A stretch of DNA of 28,278 bases, taken from a virus. Taxonomy: Duplodnaviria; Caudoviricetes. A program made the translations under genes and the position numbers. Each line of letters starts with the position of its first letter. The first letter of the stretch is position 1. The notes under the pieces were generated by a model that saw nothing but the letters and a program-made list of their open reading frames with translations, searched no databases and was not told where the DNA came from. Location: the IMG/VR virus record IMGVR_UViG_3300030333_007498, positions 1 through 28,278 of that record. One strand, written 5' to 3'. Positions 8,884 through 17,800 of this stretch are shown piece after piece.

Positions 8884-8896
8884 AGTGTAATACACT
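8884..8896. promoter_or_regulatory. Palindromic late-promoter-like motif AGTGTA-A-TACACT
   Basis: GTGTAA at 8885-8890 on +, 8 nt before ATG 8899; reads GTGTAT on the - strand. Confidence 0.5.
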
Positions 8897-8898
8897 AT

Positions 8899-9393
8899 AT
8901 GCCAAACGTATTAGAAGATCTCGCCTCAGGAATTGTTGTCACAGAGTTCGATAGTGACACAGGAATTGCCACTGTAGCAAATGTTAGTGGGTGGCTATTT
9001 GAAAATTTAGGACAAGTTAATACTTATTTGTATACAGATTTTGACGGTGCTGCTGCCACTGGGCTTTATGGGCCAATGGATATTGAGGCTCAGAATGTTC
9101 TTAAAGAACTATACCTTTCAAATTACTACAATAAGCAAGCGAGAAATGCCCTCAGAGGCATTACAAACTCAAGTGTGAGTGGAGACAACGTTTTGTCCCT
9201 CAAGGACGGAGAGAGTGCCGTAACGTTCGTTAATCGCAATGAAGTATCAAAGGTGTATAGAGGACTCGCTTCAGACTGTATGGATAAGGTAACGCAGTTA
9301 GCTGCACAGTATAATATATACCAAGCTCAACCCAGACAATTGGGTGGAATAGATGCCAGTGGAGTTGTGGACGTTAATTATACCAGTAGTTAG
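8899..9393 (+). CDS. Probable head-tail adaptor (connector) protein
   Basis: 164 aa, helical with a SLKDGESAVTF beta-hairpin as in gp6/gp15-type adaptors; downstream of the capsid gene. Confidence 0.55.
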   Translation: MPNVLEDLASGIVVTEFDSDTGIATVANVSGWLFENLGQVNTYLYTDFDGAAATGLYGPMDIEAQNVLKELYLSNYYNKQARNALRGITNSSVSGDNVLSLKDGESAVTFVNRNEVSKVYRGLASDCMDKVTQLAAQYNIYQAQPRQLGGIDASGVVDVNYTSS

Positions 9394-9641
9394 GAGTCTC
9401 TCCAGACTTGAACAATCGCTGATTTAAGCTTACCACTGTCTTCGTTATAAGGAACGTTTGCCTGTTTAGCAATCTTCTTTAAGGTTTCATCTGAAGCTTT
9501 TCTTAGGGTATTTTTAAGATGCTCAATTTCAGAGAAATCTTCTTTCAAAGATTTTGATTTAGGAGCTTCTTTTTTAGCTACAGGGACAGCCTCCTTTTTT
9601 TGAGGCACAGTAGTGTCCTTTTTGGGGGGTTTAGATTCCAT
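9390..9641 (-). CDS. Small Lys/Pro-rich protein with C-terminal HeH/LEM-like motif
   Basis: 83 aa. SDETLKKIAKQANVPY...KLKSAIV. Directly follows the tail tube gene. Confidence 0.55.
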   Translation of the reverse strand: MESKPPKKDTTVPQKKEAVPVAKKEAPKSKSLKEDFSEIEHLKNTLRKASDETLKKIAKQANVPYNEDSGKLKSAIVQVWRDS

Positions 9642-9649
9642 CTCTAATA

Positions 9650-10753
9650 TTAACCGAAGGTTCCAAATCCTGATCCATTGTAAGCACCACTCATAAAGAG
9701 TCCAACGTTTGTGTCAGTAGGACCACCAATCTGAGATGATAAGCTTAGATCAACAGTTTGGTTAGATCCAATTGCAGAGGAGAAGCTTTCAGATTCGACC
9801 TGCACTCCTTTCAGAGTGTAGATGATTCCAGTGTCACCGCCTGGAGTTTTAATAGTAACATCAACAGTTTGAACACCAGAGTTGATTGTATTAACAAGAT
9901 TCATTGCTGTAGTCTCATTAACAATTGCACTAACTCCCATGGTTACAGTAACAGGGAAATCAACTGCTCGGGCAAACGGGAATCTACTTCCAAGTCTATC
10001 AAGTGGACTTCTAGAAAGAGGAACACTCAAAGAAACACTTTGAATATGTGCTCCGTCATCTCCCGCAAGATCAGCAACAGTTTCTCCATCTAAGTTGGTC
10101 AAGCTAACAGTAATATCTCCTGGGCGCAATGCTGTGATTGTAGAAGAAGCTCCCGTAACTGGATTAGGAAGCTCGACTGTTTTACCAATATCAGTTCCTG
10201 CTTCTTGATCAATAGCTGGGCTATCAATATCGGCAGCGGAATCATCAGAACGAACGTTAGCTCCCTCTAAAGTCACAGAAACAGTGGGTAGAGAACCAAC
10301 AGAGAGATCAACGGAGTAATCACTTAAGTAGCAATTACCAATGCCCACTACAGAATCAGTGGCACCTAACGCTCCCGCACCATTGAGGTCTTCTCCGTCA
10401 GGACCAGTTACAATAAAAGTATTGAAACCAGAACCCCCAAGTAAGTGACCTGAAGCAAAACCAGCCTGATCCTTGGCTTGGCCCCCAGTTGCACAGAAAA
10501 ACCCTAAACATCTTTCGTTAAATCCATCCGTAAGATAGTAAGAAAAATCAGTTCCTACAGTTGGAGGATCAAGAACCAAGGAGTCAATTCTAGCGAGTTG
10601 ACCAAACTGGTTAACGTCTTGTCTGTTAATGGTATAGTTAAAGTTAGCACTTTGAACTCTTTCAAGTTGTTTATGAGCGGCTGCGGCTGATGCGGCGGCA
10701 TTGTTACTAACATAAAGGGCTTCGGATTGGTAAATTACTCTGTTTCTGGCCAT
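9650..10753 (-). CDS. Major tail tube protein
   Basis: 367 aa, beta-rich and Gly/Ser/Thr-rich. RVQSANFNYTINRQDVNQFG and HIQSVSLSVPLSRSPLDRLG are tube-like repeats. Has its own promoter-like element and follows neck genes. Confidence 0.75.
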   Translation of the reverse strand: MARNRVIYQSEALYVSNNAAASAAAAHKQLERVQSANFNYTINRQDVNQFGQLARIDSLVLDPPTVGTDFSYYLTDGFNERCLGFFCATGGQAKDQAGFASGHLLGGSGFNTFIVTGPDGEDLNGAGALGATDSVVGIGNCYLSDYSVDLSVGSLPTVSVTLEGANVRSDDSAADIDSPAIDQEAGTDIGKTVELPNPVTGASSTITALRPGDITVSLTNLDGETVADLAGDDGAHIQSVSLSVPLSRSPLDRLGSRFPFARAVDFPVTVTMGVSAIVNETTAMNLVNTINSGVQTVDVTIKTPGGDTGIIYTLKGVQVESESFSSAIGSNQTVDLSLSSQIGGPTDTNVGLFMSGAYNGSGFGTFG

Positions 10754-10771
10754 AATTAAAGATTCTTTCTC

Positions 10772-10792
10772 TTGTTTACAGTTTTATTATTA
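10772..10792 (-). promoter_or_regulatory. Putative late promoter of the tail tube gene
   Basis: Minus-strand TAATAATAAAACTGTAAACAA, 18 nt upstream of the ATG, in a 49-bp intergenic gap. Confidence 0.55.
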
Positions 10793-10802
10793 AAATATGA
10801 AA

Positions 10803-11651
10803 TTATTCAAAGCGATATCTATGTTGTTCTATGTCGAAATCAATAAATCCGATATACAATTCATTAGCTAGTTCTCTGCGGGTTCTATCGCTTAATTTTG
10901 ATGTCCTTACCTTTTCTATATAAAAAGCTAAATTATCATCATAACCCGCTTTTACTCCTGTATAGTCATAGCTGTCTCCTTTTAGGTCTCCAAGTTCTGT
11001 AATTGGGTATCCAGTCATAGGAATTGCTGTTATGGTTTCATCGACAGAATCCATAAAAATAGACAAAACTCCATCAAGTTGATAGGTGTCTTCAGCTATG
11101 ACTACAGCTTTAGCTTGAACCTTTGTTTTTTGCATTCCCCCAAGAGCAAAAGGGTCGTTATCTGCCTGTGCGGTAGATATGAAAATTGCTGGAACCACAT
11201 CGTCATAAGGCTCGATGTAAGTGAGTGGACCCGATGGAAGTCTAGAATTAATTGAGTATTTATTTTCTACTATTAAATCGTCTTCAGTATCATTAGTGAG
11301 ATAAACACTAAAATCTTTAACTGCAAACTCTCCTGTAATAGTGCTTCCAGTTTCGCTTCCCTCTACCAAAACTCTTCCATTATCAAAATCAAAAACGATA
11401 CCATCACTTCTTCCTGACAAATTTGATCCAAAATAAACTCCAGTTGGAATGGTCGCGCCAGTAATAGATGAATCAGTTACCCATTGTTTATAGGGGCTTC
11501 CATAAGCTTTATAGTCAGAATCTAGGCGAGGATCGTCATAATAAAAAAACTGCCCCGTTTTATTGCTAAAGGCTTCGCCATGTTTTAACAAAAAATTATC
11601 AAACCACAAAAATAACGATGTGGTTAGTTTATGTTGGAACTGCTCTTTCAT
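10803..11651 (-). CDS. Probable tail terminator/completion protein
   Basis: 282 aa directly upstream of the tube gene. PAIFIS motif and terminal GFIDFDI strand. Assignment mainly from gene order. Confidence 0.5.
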   Translation of the reverse strand: MKEQFQHKLTTSLFLWFDNFLLKHGEAFSNKTGQFFYYDDPRLDSDYKAYGSPYKQWVTDSSITGATIPTGVYFGSNLSGRSDGIVFDFDNGRVLVEGSETGSTITGEFAVKDFSVYLTNDTEDDLIVENKYSINSRLPSGPLTYIEPYDDVVPAIFISTAQADNDPFALGGMQKTKVQAKAVVIAEDTYQLDGVLSIFMDSVDETITAIPMTGYPITELGDLKGDSYDYTGVKAGYDDNLAFYIEKVRTSKLSDRTRRELANELYIGFIDFDIEQHRYRFE

Positions 11652-12232
11652 TTCAGTTGTTCGAATCTTTTTTTATACTTTTTAATAAAAGAAGAGATAT
11701 ACGGTAGATTTTGGAATCTACCACCTCTCACTTTATTTACACGACTTTGAACCGCTGCTCCCGATCTACCTCCACTTTTCCTCAATAAATAGCCTAAACC
11801 CGATATTCCTCGCTCAATACCTTCGGCCCAGCTTCTGCCTGTAGCCCAAGGAAGTGGGGTAATTGCAAAGATTTCTTCTGCGTTAGGAAGAGAAATATCA
11901 AAACTTACCCCCAAACCTCTACTTTTTACTTCTTTTCTGTATGAAATTTCCGTGCTTTCTAGAAGAGCTATAATTGGTAGAACGGGTTGATCACCCTCAT
12001 CAAAACCTATGAATGCAAAAAGATTGGTCACACCCTGTAAAGTTCCGCTAATATTAGATGCGCTTGGACCTTCCATGATTTCCCTAGTAACGGGGTGTTC
12101 AAGAAACTCCTTAATCATTTCTTGCTTAATTGTTTTAAACTTTTCTTTTGTTTCTTTTTCGAAACTTTTGCGAACAGCTTTAGGAACCTGCCTTTTTAAA
12201 GCATTTCTAACATCTGGAGGTAGTGCTGCCAT
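11648..12232 (-). CDS. Probable neck/tail completion protein (HK97 gp10-like position)
   Basis: 194 aa, basic, with WAEGIERG and PYISSFI motifs; between the putative stopper and terminator genes. Confidence 0.5.
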   Translation of the reverse strand: MAALPPDVRNALKRQVPKAVRKSFEKETKEKFKTIKQEMIKEFLEHPVTREIMEGPSASNISGTLQGVTNLFAFIGFDEGDQPVLPIIALLESTEISYRKEVKSRGLGVSFDISLPNAEEIFAITPLPWATGRSWAEGIERGISGLGYLLRKSGGRSGAAVQSRVNKVRGGRFQNLPYISSFIKKYKKRFEQLK

Positions 12233-12702
12233 TAGGAGTCTACTGGGCTAAGAACAAAAGTATAAAATTGATTAGAAGTGAAGCCGCGAGGCTGACCATC
12301 ACTTTCAATAATAAACTTTGTTCCGTCAAATTCCACCCTGCGAGCCTCACTTAAATAATCATAAGCATCTTGCTCAACCACTATCCTCACAGTGCCAGCC
12401 GCAACTACAACTTTGTTTTGTGTTCCTGCTTGTTGTGATGGTCCATCATCAGTTAAATAAGAGGTATCCATGTCATCATAGTAAATTCTCGCAGTAAAAC
12501 TTTGAGAAACCTCGGTGTATTCAACTGAGCTATTTGAGCCAGTATTGGTTCTGCGGTAAAGAGAATTCCATGAATCGGTAGAAGCAATTAAAGTTTTCTT
12601 TGCATTCTTATAAACTGTAATGGTTCTCGCAAAAGTGGTATGCAAGGTATTCGCTAAATCCCTAATTTTTGTGATTTGATCTGATGATAAAAAACCTGCC
12701 AT
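12232..12702 (-). CDS. Probable head closure (stopper) protein
   Basis: 156 aa, beta-rich, with RVEFDGTKFII as in SPP1 gp16/lambda FII-like proteins; first gene of the inverted block. Confidence 0.55.
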   Translation of the reverse strand: MAGFLSSDQITKIRDLANTLHTTFARTITVYKNAKKTLIASTDSWNSLYRRTNTGSNSSVEYTEVSQSFTARIYYDDMDTSYLTDDGPSQQAGTQNKVVVAAGTVRIVVEQDAYDYLSEARRVEFDGTKFIIESDGQPRGFTSNQFYTFVLSPVDS

Positions 12703-12703
12703 G

Positions 12704-12731
12704 TTGATTTTTACACTTTTATTTATATAAT
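12704..12731. promoter_or_regulatory. Overlapping divergent promoters: rightward TTGATT-N16-TATAAT and leftward GTGTAA (12711-12716)
   Basis: Read directly from the 45-bp gap between divergent ATGs at 12702 and 12748. Confidence 0.55.
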
Positions 12732-12747
12732 AAGATAGGATTAAGGC

Positions 12748-13035
12748 ATGGATGCTAAAAAAAAATTATCTGAAAGCTCCAATGGGGAGATTTCTAGGCT
12801 TTTTAAAATGATGTTAATCATGGTCGAAGACATGAAAAAGGATCATGACTTCCATTATGAAAAGTTGTATGAGAACATTCCTCAGGAATACCACAAAATA
12901 ATTGATACGGCTAACCATTTTACCCCACAAAAGGTAAACTGGATTAGGAAAAGAATTCTAGATGTTGGTAACGAATCTATTAGAAATTTAGGTTCTGAAA
13001 TAGATAATTATACTGTAAGTTTCATTTTTAAATAA
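12748..13035 (+). CDS. Hypothetical protein
   Basis: 95-aa helical ORF filling the gap; AGGA/AAGG upstream. No recognised motif. Confidence 0.7.
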   Translation: MDAKKKLSESSNGEISRLFKMMLIMVEDMKKDHDFHYEKLYENIPQEYHKIIDTANHFTPQKVNWIRKRILDVGNESIRNLGSEIDNYTVSFIFK

Positions 13036-13046
13036 GGAAAAAGGTT

Positions 13047-13802
13047 ATGGCTTTTAAAGAATTATATTCATTTACTCTAGACGAAGAAAAGGAAATCGAG
13101 AAAACCCACACTCGGAAAAACAAAAAAACTGGAGAAGAAACGACTGTCACTAAAAAGGTGAAGGAAAAAGTTCCTGTTCAGATTAAAATTAAAAGACCTT
13201 CTCGCAGAGAACTTGAGGATGCAGAACTTGAGTATTCGGTAGAATTGAGTAAATGCGTAAAAAAAGGAATTTTGACCAAGGCTATGTTGTTTAAAAAGTA
13301 TAGCGATACAGGGGGAGTATGGAGCGAAGATGATGCCCAAGACTATGGAAAGCTTTATAAAGAAATTTTTGATATTCAAAATGAATATGTCCGTCTCGAA
13401 AACGTAGAGAAAAAGACAGAAAAACAGAAAGAAAAATTAGAAAAACTAAAGGAGGATCTAGCTTTTACAAAGAGAAAAATTGTTAATGCGGAGTCTTCCA
13501 TGCATTCACTCTTTGATCATACGGCAGATACTAAAGCTCAAAATCGTTTACTGCTTTGGTATACTTTAATGCTCACTCATATCCAAAGAGAGGATGATGA
13601 AGATCCTCTTCCATATTTTGAAGGAGAAGAGTTCGAAGAAAAAATTAATGATTATTATGGGAAAGAAGATAATAGCAGCGATCTGTATCAAGCTATTGTT
13701 AAAAAAGTTACTACTATTTTAGCTTTTTGGTTTTTCAATCAAGCTTCGACCCCCGATGAGTTTAATAAGCTTATCGAGGACATGGAAAAAGGTGATCTTT
13801 GA
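13047..13802 (+). CDS. Probable tail assembly chaperone
   Basis: 251 aa with IKIKRPSRRE beta-Pro-helix start and a coiled coil; upstream of the tape measure gene. Confidence 0.5.
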   Translation: MAFKELYSFTLDEEKEIEKTHTRKNKKTGEETTVTKKVKEKVPVQIKIKRPSRRELEDAELEYSVELSKCVKKGILTKAMLFKKYSDTGGVWSEDDAQDYGKLYKEIFDIQNEYVRLENVEKKTEKQKEKLEKLKEDLAFTKRKIVNAESSMHSLFDHTADTKAQNRLLLWYTLMLTHIQREDDEDPLPYFEGEEFEEKINDYYGKEDNSSDLYQAIVKKVTTILAFWFFNQASTPDEFNKLIEDMEKGDL

Positions 13803-14782
13803 AAGAAGAATTCTATATCTCACTAATAGGTGAGGCTTTTGATGGGTATACAGAAGCCGTCTTTAACGAAAAGACTGTTTATATCAAACACATCAGTATC
13901 AGGGATCAGAGATATTTACATAAATATTATGAAAAATATCGACAGCTAGCTATCAAGAAAGGTTTAGAGAGCGAAGAAGATAGGTTAAAATATGTAATTA
14001 AAGAGGGAATTTGGGAAGACAAAGATGACCAAAAGATAGCGTCTTTAGAATATGAAGTCTCAAATTTAAAAAGAACAGTCAGAAGCATTTTTCTGCCCTC
14101 ACAAAAAGAGGCTATGAATCAAACTATTGATGAAAAGCTAAATGAAATTGAGAATCTAAAGGCAAGCAGGAAAGAAGTGATAGGTCAAACCGCTGATGAC
14201 TACGCTACTTCTAGAAGTGCAGATGAAATTTTAAGATTTTTATTATTTAAAAATAAAGATTTAACAGAGCATTTATATTCAGAAGAAGAATTTGCAAATC
14301 TAGAGCCATGGGAAATTATGGAACTAACATCTATGCAGAAAGATGTTCAGGACAGGCTGAGTGATTCAAGAATACAAGAAGCTGTATTGCGTCCTTTTTT
14401 TAGTATGTATCTTTCGTTATGTGAAGATGTTAATGGGTTTTATTCAAAACCAGTAACAGGACTCACCGTCTATCAACTAAGGGTAGTTCTATTTGGTAGA
14501 ATGTTTTTTAATATATTCCAATTTACTGATGATATACCCGAACATATTAAACAAGACCCACAAAAACTAGTGTCTTTTTCAGAGGCAAAAAGAAACCAAA
14601 CTAACGGAGGAGGAGGTCTAAGAGACGATGCTGATGCCTCTGCTGTGTTTGGTGCTACTAAAGAAGATATGAAAACACTTAAACCTGAAGGAAATGCTGT
14701 TTCTCTTTCAGATGAGTTAAAGAAACATGGTGGAAAGCTTAATATGGAACAAATGATGCGATTAGCTGGGCATGATGTGTAA
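13799..14782 (+). CDS. Probable second tail assembly chaperone (TTG start)
   Basis: 327 aa with central coiled coil and FYSKPVTGLTVYQ segment reminiscent of gpT-like chaperones. TTGA overlap with the upstream gene; directly before the tape measure gene. Confidence 0.5.
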   Translation: MKEEFYISLIGEAFDGYTEAVFNEKTVYIKHISIRDQRYLHKYYEKYRQLAIKKGLESEEDRLKYVIKEGIWEDKDDQKIASLEYEVSNLKRTVRSIFLPSQKEAMNQTIDEKLNEIENLKASRKEVIGQTADDYATSRSADEILRFLLFKNKDLTEHLYSEEEFANLEPWEIMELTSMQKDVQDRLSDSRIQEAVLRPFFSMYLSLCEDVNGFYSKPVTGLTVYQLRVVLFGRMFFNIFQFTDDIPEHIKQDPQKLVSFSEAKRNQTNGGGGLRDDADASAVFGATKEDMKTLKPEGNAVSLSDELKKHGGKLNMEQMMRLAGHDV

Positions 14783-14796
14783 ATCTTTGTGTAAAT
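14776..14796 (+). promoter_or_regulatory. Tandem TGTGTAAAT repeat, putative late promoter of the tape measure operon
   Basis: Two 9-nt copies at 14776-14784 and 14788-14796, upstream of ATG 14816. Confidence 0.55.
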
Positions 14797-14815
14797 ACAA
14801 CAAAGGTTTACGGTT

Positions 14816-17800
14816 ATGCCAATTCAGATACCAGTCACACAAACAGGATTAGAAGCAAGTATTGAGGCTGCTGCTAAAAGAGCAGGTAAAAGTCTCAAGA
14901 TTAACATGGGTCCAGGTGCCAAGAGCATCGAGGGACTTTCACAGCCTCTAGGACGAATTACTGGTAAGGCAGACCAATTTACAAAATCTATGGAGGCTGC
15001 TAATGCCCGTGTGTTAGCATTCGGAGCTTCGGTGGGTGTTTTGTCGGCTGTTACAAGAGGCTTTCAAGATCTTGTAAAAACAACTGTTGAGGTTGAGAAA
15101 TCTTTAGCCAGCATTAATTCTATTTTAGGAACAACCACTCAGGAACTAGATAGATTTAAGAAAACAATTTTTGATGTAGCTAGAAACACTGAACAGTCTT
15201 TCGATACTGTTGCTCAAGCGGCATTAGAATTAAGTCGTCAAGGTTTGAAAGCTGAAGAGGTTACAAAGAGATTAAATGATTCTCTTGTTCTAAGTCGTTT
15301 GTCGGGATTAGGTGCTGCTGAAGCGGTTGCAGGATTAACTTCCGCTATTAACTCTTTCAACTCCACTGGTATCACCAGTGCGGAAGTTTTAAATAAACTA
15401 TCAGCCGCCGCTGTTTCTGCTGCGGTTTCGGAAAGAGATTTGATTGAGGGTATTAAGCGTTCTGGATCAGTTGCTATTCAAGCTGGTGTTTCTTTCAATG
15501 AGTTGGTTGGTGTGATTACTGCCGTTCAAGAAAGAACCGCCCGAGGTGGTGCCGTGATTGGTAACTCCTTTAAAACAATTTTTACTAGAATTCAAAGTCT
15601 AGACAAACTGCAAACCATGCAAAACCTTGGTGTTGAGGTTACAGATGCTTCTGGCCAAGTTCTTAGTGCAACCAAATTAATTCAAAACTTAGGTAAAACT
15701 TTAGAGACATTACCAGATGCCAAGAGGCTTCAAATTGCAGAGAACTTAGTTGGAAAATTCCAGATTGCTCCATTCCTAGCTATTCTTGAAGATTACAACA
15801 GAGAAACCTCTACTGCTATTAAAGTTACAGAGATCGCAGCTAATGCCACAAGTGAAGCTTACTCTCGTAATGTAGCCCTTAACCAAACTTTGTCAGCAGC
15901 CATCAACGAGGCTACCGTAAACCTTAAAGAGTTAGCCAACACTCTTGGTGAGATCGGAGTTACAGATAGTTTGCAAAATATTTTAGGCTTTTTCAATTCT
16001 TTAGTTGGAAACATTAAAAGCCTTCTTGAAGGAGAGGGTTTAGGTAGCGATTTTGCAAAAGGTATAGTAAAAGGTATAGGTGCAGTGCTTAGTGGACCTG
16101 GGTTAGCAATATTTGGCGCAATCATCGCCAAGCTAACTATTGACTTAGCCAAATTTGGAGTGGGTTCTCTTAAAACCTTCTTTGGTTTAAACAAAGCGGC
16201 AAAAGAACAGGCTACGCTTCAGGGGCAGATAGCATCCACGCTTCTAGGTAACGCAGATATTCAAAAGCAGATTATGAATATCGAGAATAGCACTTTGAGT
16301 ATAGAACAAAAAAGAAAAGCTCAAATTAAATTCTTTACCACTGCTCTCAATGAGCAAATGGCAATAATGACAAGGATGCAGGGGATTGCATCTAAAATCA
16401 CCCCTGCGGTTTTTGCTGGAACCAGAGGTGCAAGAGGTCGTGGTGCTGGTGGATACATACCAAACTTTAATGCTGTGATGGGCTATGGTTCAGAACAAGC
16501 TGATATTAATAAAGGAGTAGGAGGAGCACCAAGTTCCGCTAAACCAGTAACTATACCTAACTTTAATTTTGGAGGTGGGCAACGTGGCACAATGGTTGCC
16601 AATACTAGTGAGTATATCGTTCCAAATTTTGCAGGAAGTGGTGGGTCAGCGATATTCAATCAGAATATGGTTTCCTCCATGGGACTCCCTGCGGGAGCCA
16701 GAAAGATTGGGGCGGCAGGGGGATATGTCCCGAACTTTGCAAAAGCAAAGGGGGGAAAAAAGAAAATCACCAGCGTAGACGCTTCTAATTTCTTTTACTT
16801 AGTTCCAGATATTGGCATCGAGAAGCCAATACAACAAATAAAAGGAGCACCCAAAACAGTAGACGGAGTAAAGGTTAGGGGAGGAATTGTTCGTGGACCT
16901 GTCGAAAGTGCAGTCAAAAAAGGGAGCGATGCTAAAGAGGCTAGTATTGAAGATATGATTTCATCTGAAATCTTTAAAGCTGCCTCTCTATATACTAAGA
17001 AATTAGAGCCTTTAGGTAGAATAGCGCAAGAAAGTGAAATACAAAAAGGATTTGATACTACTCGCGGAGCAAAAGGGGCATTAATGGGAGTGATAGGTGC
17101 CGCTTTCGAAGTGGCTATAGCCTCGTCTCTTGATTATAGAGCCGCACAAAGAGAAAGGGGCGGGGATTTTGATGTAAGAATGGGCTCAAATTTAGAAACA
17201 ATAAAAGAGTTTTTTGGTATACCGAGTGGTCAAAATACAGGAGACTTTAAAGTTAGCACATCTCAAGATAATTTAAAAAGTTTTTATCAGAAAGTTATAA
17301 AAGAAAAAGGTGCAGGTAGGTTTGATCCTAGCGAAAAACAGATGAATGCTCAAATGATGGCTACATCTGAAGTTAGATCCAAAAATCCTTCGTGGTTTGA
17401 TAAGAAGGGTAATCTTAAGAGAGAGTTTAGTAGTAAGGCTGAACCACTTATACTAAGGAGAAGGGATCAACTCGTAGGCAGAAGATTCCAAAGTGCTTCT
17501 GGATATATTCCTAATTTTGCTCGCGGTTTAGAAGATGCTGTGGCTAGAGAGTCTGCGGCGGGTCTACCCATAAATCAGATAAGAATTAATCAAGATCCTT
17601 CTTTAAGGAATGCTGGGAACCCAATGGGTCTTGCGGTGACTAATACAAGGGATGAGCCCACTGGGGCTATCCCTAACTTCGCAAAAGGGCTAACTATGGC
17701 CAATATTGGAATCAAGGAGTCCAAGCCCGTAGAGGCATCTTTAAAAAGTTTAAATAATGTTATTCGTGCTCTCAATAAGGAAATAAAGCAGGGCAAGATG

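Noticed and set aside
12757-12765. Second A9 run at the start of the 95-aa ORF
   Set aside because: The gene reads through in frame and no orphan frame needs explaining; no evidence of programmed recoding.
13780-13802. Lambda G/GT-type -1 frameshift between the two putative tail chaperones
   Set aside because: The -1 frame has TGA at 13793-13795, downstream of the only slippery-looking GGAAAAA. The prfB-like CTT TGA +1 frame closes after about 11 codons. TTG reinitiation is simpler.
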